Source: Vicugna vicugna (lineage: Eukaryota). From it: 64,000 nucleotides of DNA. The position numbers and the translations under genes were made by a program. The DNA lies in NCBI GenBank assembly GCA_013265495.1, contig MU058844.1, positions 9,320,184 through 9,384,183 on the forward strand, in the 5' to 3' direction. How positions within the stretch are numbered: position 1 is the first letter of the stretch; each line of letters starts with the position of its first letter. The notes beneath the pieces are model-generated. The model did not search any database. It worked only from the letters and a program-made list of their open reading frames with translations, and was not told the DNA's origin. This document shows positions 51,813 through 64,000 of the stretch, piece after piece.

Positions 51813-54800
51813 CTGTTTCCCAAACAGTTGAACGTGTCTGACCAACTGTTTGCCAGATAATCAAAATTCAGTAGCAGAATTAAATTACTTTCTGGTTACA
51901 TAAAATTCACATTATATTTTCCTTATTTGTTTTCCTTTGAAGGAATGTCAAAATCAAAGAAAAGTTACAAGTACAAGACAACTTTTTCCCCCTCTGAAAC
52001 ACTTACTGACATGCTATCTGAAACCCCAGAATAATTTAACAAACCAACAAATATTCTTCCATCTTTTTCCAACTGTCTCCTTATCTTCTCTGTCAAACTC
52101 ACAACCAAATGTTTAGAAATCTAGCTCACTAGCATCTTTGCAATATATAACAAGAACATACAGATCTGTTGATAGCTCTGTATTCAATCTTTTAGACTTT
52201 TTAATTTTGTTTCTTCCATGAACTTTTGGTATTTAAAGGAAAAAAAAAGATAAGAAACCATACAGAGTTCAACTTATAAAAGTTCTGTTGATGAGGAACA
52301 GGTTGTAAAATAAGCAAAAGTCCTTTCATTCCTATTTCACAGATTTCTTTACTTCTGCAAACATGGATGTCTCCTAAAGGGGGAGGAGAGGAAAGTAAAG
52401 ACAGCAAGGAAACTATTTTTCAGGTAGTCCAGACACCTCCACATTCTTCCCTCCTGTCACTGTCAAATACCACTGGGCTATTTCCACCGACCAGCAGTTC
52501 ACTGTGTGGTGAAGGACTTTTGGCCTTCATCTCTAGAGCATCTCTAGACGATCACTGACTTGCCTTATTTTTATCTTTTCTCTCCCTTTTACTCCATTGC
52601 ATGAAAATACCCTGCTCTTTCTTCTCCTGCTTCTTTAAACAAGTCTCATCCATTCTCATAGTTTTATTTTTCCTTCTACTTGTCTGCAAAGTTTAGCTTT
52701 TAGTATCTTGTTCTATCTCTCTCTCTCTCCCTCTCTTTTTCCACTCTCAGTATTTATCTTCTTCTTCTTTCTTTGTCTCTCTCTCTCTCCCTCCACTCAG
52801 AATTTACCAAACTTTAATTCTCACCTCTTTATAAATTTCAGTCAAATCTATAATTCTACATCAAGCCCTCGCCCAGTTTTTAAACCATTGTCTTTAATTT
52901 CATAAAAAGTTCCTCCACTTTTATATCTGAGTCAAATTCTTTCAGTTACCATAATTTCTTTACTTCCCTGAACCCACTGCCGGGCAGCCGTTATGTCTAA
53001 TTTAGCCTGAGTCAGCAGCTACTCAGTTCTGGCTAAATGTTGCCATGAAAAACGCTGTCCCGTTGCTGACAGATATTTTGCTTTTTCTCAAAACAAGTTT
53101 CAAAAATAGAATTGTTAAAGGGAATTCAAATTTTAGATGAAATCTTCCAATGTTTAAATACTGACAACTATTTTAAAAACAAATTAACAAAAAGCCCAGC
53201 ACCTGGATCAAACAAACCTATCTGCAGGCTTTCAGTCAAATTGTGACTTGTTGCCTAAAAAGTGAATGCAAATACCTTAGCTTGCTGTTCCTCCTGAAAC
53301 CATCCTGAAACTACTTCCTGAATTCAAAGTAACTGCTACAAGCCAACTGGCCTACAATACTCCCTTCCAAGTACACTTTGTTCTTTCTCACACTTATGCC
53401 TCTGTCATGTTTGTTTCCACCCAAAAGTGTTTTTCTTCCTCTGTAAGTCCTACTTTAAGATCGAGTTCAAATGCTACCGTTTCTCTGAAAACTTCCAGGG
53501 CCATATTAGCCTATGGGACTATCGCTCCCACATCCCAAAGACATTAGTACGTAGTCCTGTGGGTCAGGAACAGTCCTAAACACGGTACATGCTCCCTCCC
53601 CCTCCCACTATAAATCCTAAGAAATTGATATTATGGTTATCCTCATGTTATAAATGAGGATATTGAAGCTTGTCCAAGGTAAGTGGCAGAGCTGGGGCTG
53701 AACTCAATTGTTTCTTGTTCCAGTGCAGGAAGAAGAGTAGGAAATTTAAGTTTCGATCATCCACTATATGACATGTGTTTGTGCCAGGAAAAACTGTAAA
53801 AATCCTTAACATAGCTCACCAGACCACTCACAATATGGCTCTCTTCTATTTCTTGATAGTTTCCCTGTCATTCCTTAAGCCACAGCCACATTGGTCTTCT
53901 TTCAGCTTCTAGAATTTACTGAGCTACTTCATGCCTCATGGCTTTTGTATGTGCTGTTTTCATTGCCTGGAATGTTGTTCACCTCTTCTGAAGTCTAATC
54001 ACCACTCACTGTGATCTTAGTTTAACAATCATTTCCTCAAGGCTCCTTTCATGATCCTTCTAGAGAAGACTATGGTAAGACCCCCATTAATCACTGTATT
54101 TCACAATATCTACTGCAACTCTAAACAAATAGCTTTGTAAAAGTTCATTTAATTTATGTCTCCCCTACTGCTCTGCAGTGAGTTCCTTCACCACCTCTTT
54201 CATTATTTTCTCTGTACTACACACTATACATACAGTGAGTGAATGATTGATGTTTTCAACGTTAATGAGTCATTTTAAGACTTGGAGGCACTAAACAACC
54301 ATTACCTCATAGCTGGTAAGAAACTGAGCTCTTGCATGTTAGAAAACCTACATGATTTCCATTACAGAGATGTTAACCAAGCTGGAATCACCTTCTAATA
54401 ATCTGCATTTAGTCAGAGGCTTTTCCTTTTTAGCTTAGAGTCACTGTTAATATATGCTAAATTCTAAATCAAATAATATGTGAGCATCTGATCACTGAAT
54501 GTTGTTTAAATAAAAATAAGCTAAAATAGGATTGCCATGCTTCCAGAGAAAGGGATAAACTGATGACCCAGACAGAAGGGTCCACCACAATGCATAATGC
54601 AAAAGTGAATCTCCTAATTCTTCAGCGAGTGGCAGCTGGATTTCAAATTCAGGATGGGCAGCAGTTTGTCTAATTCATTAGGAGAAAATAACTTCTAACA
54701 TCCATTCTGCTGTTGCAGGATTAGAGAAATGACCAGGGCTTCTAATTGCTTCACCTCAGACCGTGGTGTTCCGCTGACGTCTCTGTAACAGAGACTTTCT

Positions 54801-57800
54801 TCCCCCCAAAGCTAGGTGTCACCAATGTGAATTAACCAAGAAACTGTGAGGAAAGGTGGATCCTTACATGTTTTCTAAGGCACCTGTATGGATCTGGGAT
54901 TTGTTCTTCAAAGAGCTCAGAGATTACAGCCCTAGAAATGTACCTTCCAGGGCTACTTACTACAGTGGAAACTCCCTTCAGTATATCACCCTTAAAGATT
55001 CCTAGTTCATGCTCATATTACTCCATATGCAAAGTACTGTTGGGCAGTTTATGCCATTGTATAAGCTAATATGCATTACTATTTTTGTATTGGTGTTTCT
55101 GATAGGCCTGCAGACTGGGAGGAGAGTTTACTTTCATGAAGAATAAATAGACAAGCTTATAATGAAGGAGAATCCCTCTTGCCTCTGGGAAGCCAAAGTG
55201 CCTCAGAGATCTTGACTACATGTATGCCAGCTCCATCTGGCAGAGAACAATTAGCTGGAGCAACCCCTCCTCATTTTACTTAAAGACTTAGCTGTCAACA
55301 TCTCTCTTCCTCAGATCCAACTTCAAAGAAAGCGAGCTAAGTTCCTTCACATCACATTGTGCTCATACCTACCTACCACCTCCCAGAGACATCCTGAGGC
55401 AAAAATTAAATCCATGTAGCCTATTATCTATCACTTTTTAAAAGTGTCATTTATCAGCTCTGACCTAGAATCTAGGAATATAAAGACTAAAGGGGGGGAA
55501 AAAAAAAAGACATTTGCCCTGCCCTTGAGCTTACCTTTGTAGAAAAGTGTTAACCAATGAGGAGTATCTACAAATAGGTGCCCAATCCAGCAACGGATTC
55601 AAATTAAAACCACTTATTGAGTAAAGTGTTAGGTTAGATACATGGTCTCCTGCCTCGACTTGCCTCCCCAATTCTGCTGTGCCAATCAAATTTCTTAGTG
55701 AATCACACTGCTGCAATACAGACTCAAAGACTTAGATCTCTTACTCGCTTTGATCTTTTAGGCTGTTATAAAACAGGGATGGCCACGTGATTCCAAGAGT
55801 TCAAAGATGAAGAATTCAGACACAGCATTATCAAGTGGCAGTGATCTACAATATACTGAATTTTAAAAAACATATACAAAGGCCCTTTGGCAAAAACTCT
55901 CATTAAAAATATTTTATACCTACAATTTTAGAAAATTTAGGCAAGCAACTAGAGATTAAGAAAACAAGTTAGAGAGAAAATCTCCAGGTCTTAAATGTCT
56001 ATTTGATGGACACTTTGACTGCCGCATTCTCTGCACTCCCTTGAGCCCTCACCGACCTCAAGTAACCCACCAGAAATCTATCCCTTCCTTTCCACTGCCA
56101 CTGTCATTGCCTTCTGTCTGGCCCTCACTTGTTTTTACTTGGAATACCCCCATGACTTCTTAATTCAGTTCTCTGCACACAGTTTTGTGGGAAGGACGGT
56201 CACATAAAGCATTTCAGTACCATACTTTATGACAGATATGTGGACACAGAACTTTGAGAATACACTCTTAGGAAAGGCAACGATCTCTGTGTTTTGATCA
56301 GAGAAACAGTAAGAAGGTTTTCTCCTAAAATAATTGTGGTGTGAAAGTGCAAAGAGCTATTCTTCCTCTAACATTTATAGAGTCTGTTTCATTCACGACT
56401 TGGTCTTAACTCTTTACTCAGTTAATTTTCATATTAGTCCCACATTTATCTATGAGAAAACTGAAGCACAGAGAGAATAAGTAACTTGCTTATCTATGAA
56501 CACACAGCCAGTAACTATGAGAGCCAGAATTCAAGCCCAGCATTCTGGCACCAGAGACCGTGCTCTTAATCATCATGAGTGCCCCAAAGCAAGGGACATA
56601 AGTCCATATATTACTTGATAGTGCATACCAGTGCTTAGGTCAGTGCTGGCAACGTAAAAGAGGATCAGTCAAACGCTACTGAAAAAAAGTGAACTGGATG
56701 GAGAAAGGCACTCGCTCAGATTCTAAAGGCAAAAACCATGCCAACAGCTCCAAACAATCAGGAAAGGACAGGGCATGGTGGTGACACAGAACAGGCTCTG
56801 GTCGAGATGCCCTTCTCCATTCCAAGCATCCCCACGCTCAACAAGGAGACATCTGCCAAATGTAAATCTGACCATGTCATTCTACCATCTCTCTGCTGGC
56901 AACTTGGAAATGGTAAGGGGAAACCCAATTGCAGTGTCTCACAAACTTTTAGAGGAAACTCTCCCTAATGGCTGGCAGATAAAAGCAACCACACTCTTAA
57001 CGGCTGCTAGGCACATAGCCCGAAGAGCAGCCACAGCTTTTGAGTTCTTCTAGACTGTGTGACTCATTCTGGCAAGTTTGGCATTTATTCTACAAATGTT
57101 TGTTGTAATATAAAAACAATGTTTATAACTGCTTATAATTGCAACTCCAGGAGAAAAAGACTTTATTCCTACCATGATTACTAGCATCACCTGTCTTTAT
57201 GTGCGTTCTTTCTGGGGTAATCCATAGTGCACCTTCATATACAGGACAGGACTACAGAGCTAATCTGATCTACTTGGTGTGACACATAAAACCCTTCCAA
57301 TCCAGCCTCACCCTCTCCCATCTCTCCAATGAACACAATTATTGGCAACCACATTAATAGTCAATTTTCAATCTGTTAACAGTTAGGATCTTGGACTTGG
57401 ACTTCAATAATTAGGATCTTGTTGACTTTGAGAGGACCTATCCATCCTTCCAAACCCTACTAGCTGTGATTTTATTGAAGTCCTTCCTCAACCTCTTCCT
57501 CCCCAGTGTGTGGATACTTAGTAATACTCCCCTAGTTTATTGTTCGCTTGCATTTGTTTAAGTGGCTGTCTCCATACTAGACTGTGCTGTCCCTGGTGAC
57601 AGGCTCTTGCTTTAGTCGGCTTAACATCCCCGTGCGAAGCAGAGCCCTGCCATACAGGTAAATCTTTGGTCTATAAGAAGTTGGGCTCACAAAAGGTAAA
57701 CCAAATCCCTCAAGTCGGGGAAAGACAGCTGACTCTTAATCTAAACACAAATTAAGAGGTCTGAGCACATATCCAGTCTCGTTTTCTTTCCCAAAAGAAC

Positions 57801-57871
57801 TCCAGGTTCTGGTGCAGGGGAAGTCGAGCCTTGGCGCCCAAGACTGATGGAGTCGGGAAGGAATCACTCAC

Positions 57872-58179
57872 CAGCTGGTGGAAGGCGGGTGTCTGTTCTC
57901 CAGCGTTTTGGTCCAGGGCTTGTACCAGCTGATCTGCTCCGCGGCTTTGCCCCAGAACCTCTCGGGGTCCGCCACCGAGGCCGCGAAGTGTGTCTTGTAC
58001 TCGCTGCCGCCCGAGGACAGCGCCCGGCAGCCCTGGCCGCCGAAAGGGCCCCGCGGGCCGGGGGTCATGTACGCCAGGCGGGCCAGGCCGGCTCCCCGGG
58101 CGGGAGAGGACGCGGGCAGGGACCCCCCGAGTTCCCCGGCGCCGGTGACTTTGCGACACTGCAGCCAAGACGGCTTCAT
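57872..58179 (-). CDS. ACSS3: ACSS3 coding exon 1 (start codon; putative mitochondrial presequence and start of the N-terminal domain)
   Basis: ATG at 58179-58177 (context GCGGCGATGA) translates as MKPSWLQCRKVTGAG...CRALSSGGSEYKTHFAASVADPERFWGKAAEQISWYKPWTKTLENRHPPSTS(W), which I recognise as the ACSS3 N-terminus. It ends at the donor TG|GTGAGT; 308 nt, phase 2. Confidence 0.96.
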
Positions 58180-58402
58180 CGCCGCCGGCGGTCCCTGCCT
58201 GCAGGCTACGCTGCCCGCGGCCTCGAGTGCACGCCTCGGGCGACCACTGGGGCGCTCGCGACTCGCTGGGGTCCGAGGGGCGCAGGAGGGAGGCGGGGAC
58301 AAATTCCGAGGTGTGCCCGCAGCCCGCGAGTTTGGAAGTCACACTACAGTCGCCGGGAAAAACCGACCTGGAGCGGCGAGGGAGGGAAGCAACAGGCTGG
58401 AG

Positions 58403-58430
58403 TGGGGGCGGGGCGGGGGCGGGGCTGGGG
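58403..58430. promoter_or_regulatory. Tandem GC boxes (Sp/KLF sites) with G-quadruplex-compatible G runs
   Basis: GGGGGCGGGGCGGGGGCGGGGCTGGGG contains three overlapping GGGCGG cores and five G runs of 4 or more with short loops, about 225-250 bp upstream of the ATG. Confidence 0.75.
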
Positions 58431-61400
58431 TCGCGGCGGGGTCACAGCGCCCCGCGGGGGGCGAGCGCCGCGCCGCCTGAGGTCCGACGTCGTCGCGCGT
58501 CTCCGGCTCCGCGGCTCCGCCGGGAAGAGCGCCCTCCCCGCGCCGACACACAGGTACCCCCAAGGTGAGGCCGACGGACCCAGTCACTCTCAGTTTTCCG
58601 ACACAGAAGTTGCGCGCGGCTTCTCACGGAGGGTCTGTGGACAGCGGGCGGGGGAGAAGGGCGGGCGGCGGGAGTCGGTCCCGCTGGGCTTTGCGGCCGA
58701 GGCCCCACAGGTGTCACGTTTTATGTGTTTATTTCTTTTGAAAACAAATTCAATCACTGGTTATTTAAAAAAAAAAAAAGCGACTCCAGGGCAGGGCAGG
58801 GACTGCTCCAGGATTTCCTGAGAGCTGAGAGGAGGAGGAGTGGAGGGAGGTGGCCCAGCCGAATTGGGAAGTGCTTCGTGGGGGTGATTGGCAGGCCCTG
58901 TGGGGAAGGTAGCCCCACGGGGACCAGGATTCACCTGCTCACTGGACTCCCCGCAGGATCTAAGCAGAAAACAGAACAACTTGTTTTTCCTCCCTTCCAA
59001 TTTGGAGTGTCTTTGGCCCATTTTTTGATGAGACAAAAAAAATTTTTTTTTATGCCAAAAAGGCAGAGCTAAGAAAAGATGAAATGAATCAAAAGAGAAA
59101 AAGAGAAAGCTGAGGAAAATTCAGAGAGAAAGGCGGTAGAAATTACTGAGTTTAACATTCTTCAGACTCCTTCACTGCTGTTTTACCTGTTAGTGAAATT
59201 CAGATGTGATCCCCTTTGTCTTATATTATGCCAAATACATTCTGCTTGGCGTGACAGTATTTGTAGTTTTAAATGTAAGGATGTCTGTTCCCAAATCTGA
59301 AGTGAGAAAGAATAACGCCCCAACCCTAGGAAGGACTGTAAACTTGAGAAGCTGTAAACAGATTTTTCTACAGGAAAAAATAAATAATGTGACGATAAAG
59401 ATTAAACAGAACAGAGACAAATCTAATGCAAAACAAAGAACATTTCTTAAAATAATCACCTCAGCTCTTCCCTTTCAACTGAGGAAGAAAGCCCTAGACT
59501 TTTCCCTAACAACTGCAGCTTACCCTCTTCCAAAGGCCTTGCCTCAAATGATTTCCACGAGCAAAAGGCACTTGCCACTACTTGAATCCAGAGAAAGTTA
59601 CCATGCAACCATTTTAACCTCCTGGCCCCCTCCTTTCCTCTGCCTAGTTGTGTTAAGGCTGCTGTCTGCTCTACAAGATCCTGTGAACTCAAATCAGCCC
59701 TTGCTGTATTACAGTGATGTCCATCTCAGTCGTTTGCTTAAGGAATATGTATGCAGGTTGTGATTTGTTGGGGGAATATGAAGGGGGCAAGCAGACAGTT
59801 AAAGGTTCCTACTGCGTGTCCACATTGTGCTGGCACTTTTGAATATGTTAGCTCCTGTGATTCCTAAAGGAATACGAAGAAGTGGGAGCTATAAGTCCCA
59901 AGTCGACCGCCTTGAGGCGCTGTATCCTGGCACACCTGTAATTCAAGGTGCACAGGCTCCTCCAGGACAGCCCATTCCACCTGCCACTCACCCCAACAGA
60001 CTCTATAAATTACTGTACAAAGATTATCATTTTCTTTCTGTGCCCCGACTTGATTAAGGTGGGGCATCTGATTCCAAGGTCCATGATTTTCACACCAAGC
60101 TAATTATTTTTATATTAAAAGGAAGAAAGATTTTAGACTTCCAATAAAATATGACAAGTTGAGTACTCACATCCATTCCTCTTCTACTAGAAGAAAAAGA
60201 ATCAAAGTGGGGTGGTGGTGGTAAAAATTCTACAAGAACAAAGAGAACAGGAGAGGACAAGAAACCAAATGAGAGAATGGAAAGAAAATGAATTTGTGGT
60301 ATATGACTTAAGGGGGGAGAGGGGAGCTGAATTTAACTACTGTTAGAGGAGCAAATGGATTTCCTCATCAGAAACCTGAAATGTCTTAGGATTTGGAGAC
60401 CCTGGTTTCCTCTGAAGGTTCAGAATGAAGGTTAAAGGCTTAGAAACAAAAGGGTTAATTAAAAGATTGTGTGAGACCCCCACCCCCGACACTGCTGGAT
60501 AAAACCATTGTCTTTGGACCCTGCAGTACTGTCTTGTTTTAAGTTATTGTATGAAAAATATTGTTAATATAAGTTCCATTTCAAGCAAAGGGAAGAGCAT
60601 GAGTGAAGAAGGTTAAGTCCAGCACAGATGAGGAGCATAGTATACACATAGAACTAGAGTGCACAAAATGACTAGAAACTTCTACTAGAGCCAGATAGGG
60701 AGCTACAAAATAGTCAAATACAAGCCAGGACCTTTTTTACACTAAAAGCTTGTGAACTAATAACTAAACATATGAAAAGCTTAAAATCATTAACCATTGA
60801 ATCCCAGTACTACCCCTTACTAGGTGGAAAACTAGGAAAATTTACTAATTTCCCTACCCTGTGACTGAGACTGAGGTTGATAATCCTTACTTCACTGGAT
60901 TGTTGCAAGATTTAAATATATGTAAATTGCTTAGCACCAAGGCAGTAGCAAACCAAGCTAATTTAAAGCATATGAACAAACAGCTAATCCAAAAAATCAA
61001 CCCCCTAAACCTCCAGCTTCATTAACATCCTTAAAATTTTACAACCATAAATCTTTGAAAGAAATTAATTTAGGCATGCATGTACGTTCTGTCCTGCTTC
61101 AAAAATTAAATTATATTTTTAGCTAATTTGGGGACAGGGTAATCATACTCTTCAATATTTAAGCCCTCTAAAATTCCAACTTTTATAATAAGTACAGTAT
61201 TTCATTGTATGTCAATAAATGGTATGTTTAATATGCTATTCAAGATGACATTTTAAACACCTTAAGCAGACTGATTGATTGGATTATCTGAGAGAAACTT
61301 TCTAGTAAATGGAAAAAGCACAATGACAAAGAGTGATGAAATAAAAGAGAAAGAATGAAGGGAAGGGAGGAAACTGGAGTTGGAATACTTAATGCCTAAG

Positions 61401-63797
61401 GAAAAGATGCTGAAAATTAGCAGGAGAGCAGAGTGGAATTAGAATTAAAAGAGAAAGAAGATAGAGGAAACCTACAACTTAATTTTTCCCTCTTTACAAT
61501 TTTTGCCTGGAAGCGGTCATTCTTAGTACAGGCCAACCTTTTTCCAACAGAGAGAGTAAAAGAGATTAAAAAATGTACCATTTGAAATTAAGTGTGGATT
61601 ACCCTGGTCATTATTACGTTATTCTGCTGGCCACAGAATTCATATTTTCACATAAATCTGTTAAGAGTCGGATGTCTAACTTTGGGTAAGTATTAGAACT
61701 ACTGAGAATTTTACTTATGACAAAAGCTAAAAATGTTCTCATATATTGAATTTCTTGGATATTATGAAAACTTGACATGTACATATAGAAACACTTGCAA
61801 AAATTACTTTATCTCTGTAGCAGGTACACAATGAGCTGAAATTTGAGCCTGCAGAAACACTGCAGATTTATTTTGATTTGGGAAAGACTTTCTGGAAAAT
61901 ATGCTGATTTTCACGGCTTAGTAAATATTTTTAAAACTTCTAAAGTGGTACAGCGCATAGTAATGTAATTTTAAGCTCCTATTTTGAAACATTTTTCTTT
62001 TTGCCCACATAGTAATTACAATAAAGGCAAAGAGGATAAGGCAAATAAAAGAATTGTTTTAAAATAAATAACAAGTGGAAAGACACTTTAAAACTTCAGT
62101 TCATTCTGACAGCCAAATATAAGGCATGGGATTCATTCACTAGCCTTATTTTTATTTCTTAAAAAAATCCTAAAGTTTATTTTTAGTCAGTATTAATAAA
62201 AATACAGTTGCTTTTTTTGAGGAAAAAATGGAAAGAAACAACCTAGGCAAATATTTCCAATCATTTTTTTCAAGTTCTTGAGTTTTTTGTTTTTGTTTTT
62301 GTCTTTTTTTTTGTTTTCTGGAGGGTTTTTTGGTTTCATTCTTCTCTGTAGAGCAATTTACAGTTGAGGAGGGAATCTCATCAATACAGTTGTGTTGGAA
62401 AAATCACAGAATGGCTAATATTTTAATCAGATCATGAACATCCTTGAGAAATCATTATAATTCTTCCTTACATATAATTCCTAAGAAAACTTTTCTCTTT
62501 CTGTTTTGCATTCCTAAGCCAAAGCCACTGTTTTTCACTCAACTGTTTGTTATAATACTTTAAATATATAAGAAGTGATCTCATTATCAGAGAACAAAAG
62601 GTGAAAAAGAAAAGAAATATCTTCTATAATAAAATTTTTCACAAACTGTAGTTGATTACCTAACATTACTTTGGGTTGCCAATTTGTGTGGGGGGGGTAG
62701 TAAGATACAAAATTAAACTAGAAAATGAAACAAGTCCAGTTAACCAAAAGAGCTGCTCTTACGTAACAAGGGAGTGGGCAATCATTTTGGAGTTTTAAAG
62801 AAAACACAAGTATTTCAACTGAAGTACTGTTTTAAAATTAAAGAAAATTTGGAGACGAAATGACTTACATTAGGTAGATCATATAAACAGGTATCTCATT
62901 TATTTATGGGAAGCACTGTGGATAAGAAAATTTTAAAGTATGGAATATGGGTTGAGTATTTGGACACTTTTTCCAACCATCATTCTGAATGATGAGATGC
63001 TTAGATGACCCTTGTGATACCTTTATGTTCTACCTGTTGATAGAGATCCCTACCTGTTTTTAGAATTGAACACCTAACTATTTAGAGATCCAAAGTGTTT
63101 AGAATTTCCAGTAAAGATATTTTGTGTATAAAAAGGATTTCAATGGACTTCTCTGTCAGTTGCTTGCACTTGCTTTTTTTGCTTAACCCAGATACTCTTG
63201 TACCTTGTGTGTATATAAAGTTTGTCTCTTTATATTTATATACTTATAACTCTATGTGGGATAAAGTTTATTTTTCTGTAACATTATATTGCCTCTTCCC
63301 ATTGAAACCTTTGTCAGCCTAGTATAAACCGACACATCAGTTTTGAAAGAGTAAGGGAAGTGTTATTAGTGTTTTTATTTTTTGTCTTTTTTTTTTTTTT
63401 GGTAATTTCGTTTTATAACTATGAACTTCGAGTAATATTGCTGGGCTCAGCCAGACTATTCCAGCTACTGGCATCTCCTCCTTTCCTCTCTGCTGTGACA
63501 ACATCATAACAAAGTGCAAAGGCTTTTTGATAGATTACACCTGCGATACTGACTGTACGTGTATGTGTGTGGATGTGTGTGTGAAATGACTAATTTCTGC
63601 TTTCGTCCTTTAACATCTGTAAATTTCATTCTTTCTTCACTGCTTCAATGAGCTAATCTAACAGCCTGTTCACCTACCTCCTATCACTCAATTAATCCAC
63701 AAGTATTTACTAAGGCCCTCTCCCCATGTTCAGCAGCATTCTAGGAACACAAAGAATTATTTATAAATTGCTAAGAACCTATCTCTGTTATTAAGTA

Positions 63798-64000
63798 TTT
63801 TTAACATTTTTTATTGATTTATAATCATTTTACAATGTTGTGTCAAATTCCAGTGTAGAGCACAATTTTTCAGTTATACATGAACATATATATATTCATT
63901 GTCACTTTTTTTCTCTGTGAGCTGCCATAAGATCTTGCGTATATTTCCCTGTGCTATACAGTATAACCTTGTTTATCTATTCTTAAATTTTGAAATCCCA
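63798..64000 (-). mobile_element. L1 3' end running off the window
   Basis: T-rich tail, then tttacaatgttgtgtcaaattccagtgtagagcacaatttttcagttatacatgaaca...atatttccctgtgctatacagtataaccttgtttatctattct; related to the 3' UTR at 41150-41350. Confidence 0.85.

Larger units (their letters stand above)
57820..58720. promoter_or_regulatory. CpG island / ACSS3 promoter and 5' UTR
   Basis: Abrupt switch from AT-rich, CpG-depleted DNA to very GC-rich, CpG-dense sequence spanning exon 1 and about 540 bp upstream of the ATG; no evident TATA box. Confidence 0.93.

Noticed and set aside
53008..53017. TGAGTCAGCA NF-E2/NRF2-type element in intron 1
   Set aside because: A single 10-mer without supporting context or a canonical 5' purine; not distinguishable from chance.
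58180..58302. 41-codon N-terminal extension of ACSS3 suggested by the ORF track
   Set aside because: It starts at TTG, not ATG, and the recognisable ACSS3 sequence begins at MKPSW. Treated as 5' UTR.
57752..58821. Long overlapping ORFs in the CpG island (324, 200, 196 and 113 aa)
   Set aside because: Stop codons are rare in GC-rich DNA. The products are low-complexity Arg/Gly/Pro/Ala strings, antisense or out of frame to ACSS3 exon 1.
59206..59763. 185-aa plus-strand ORF upstream of ACSS3
   Set aside because: GTG start, no recognisable motif or homology. One chance ORF of this size in 64 kb is not compelling without expression data.

Overview
This is mammalian genomic DNA, not microbial. 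It carries the 5' part of ACSS3 (acyl-CoA synthetase short-chain family member 3, a mitochondrial propionyl-/acetyl-CoA synthetase) on the minus strand. Coding exon 1 (58179-57872) lies in a CpG-island promoter, followed by exon 2 (26857-26713), exon 3 (7335-7147) and exon 4 (3524-3390). All boundaries are GT-AG and the spliced frame stays open (777 nt, 259 codons); the gene continues beyond position 1. The rest is intron or upstream DNA filled with mammalian repeats: tRNA-Ala-derived SINEs of the camelid (Vic-1-like) type, L1 and L2 remnants, solo LTRs, MLT elements, a Tigger2-like element and MER58/MER20/MER33 elements. The SINEs suggest an alpaca/camel-type host (inference). Repeat subfamily names are from recognition, not a database search. 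I found no evidence of a new multi-gene system. The most notable oddities are (1) a near-perfect 125-bp tandem duplication that copies the 3' half of exon 2 with its splice donor, (2) a pair of ~146-bp direct repeats bracketing the frame-neutral exon 3, (3) a SINE copy with a near-complete tRNA-Ala(AGC) cloverleaf and its own T6 run, and (4) a strong CTCF-like site and several long palindromes.
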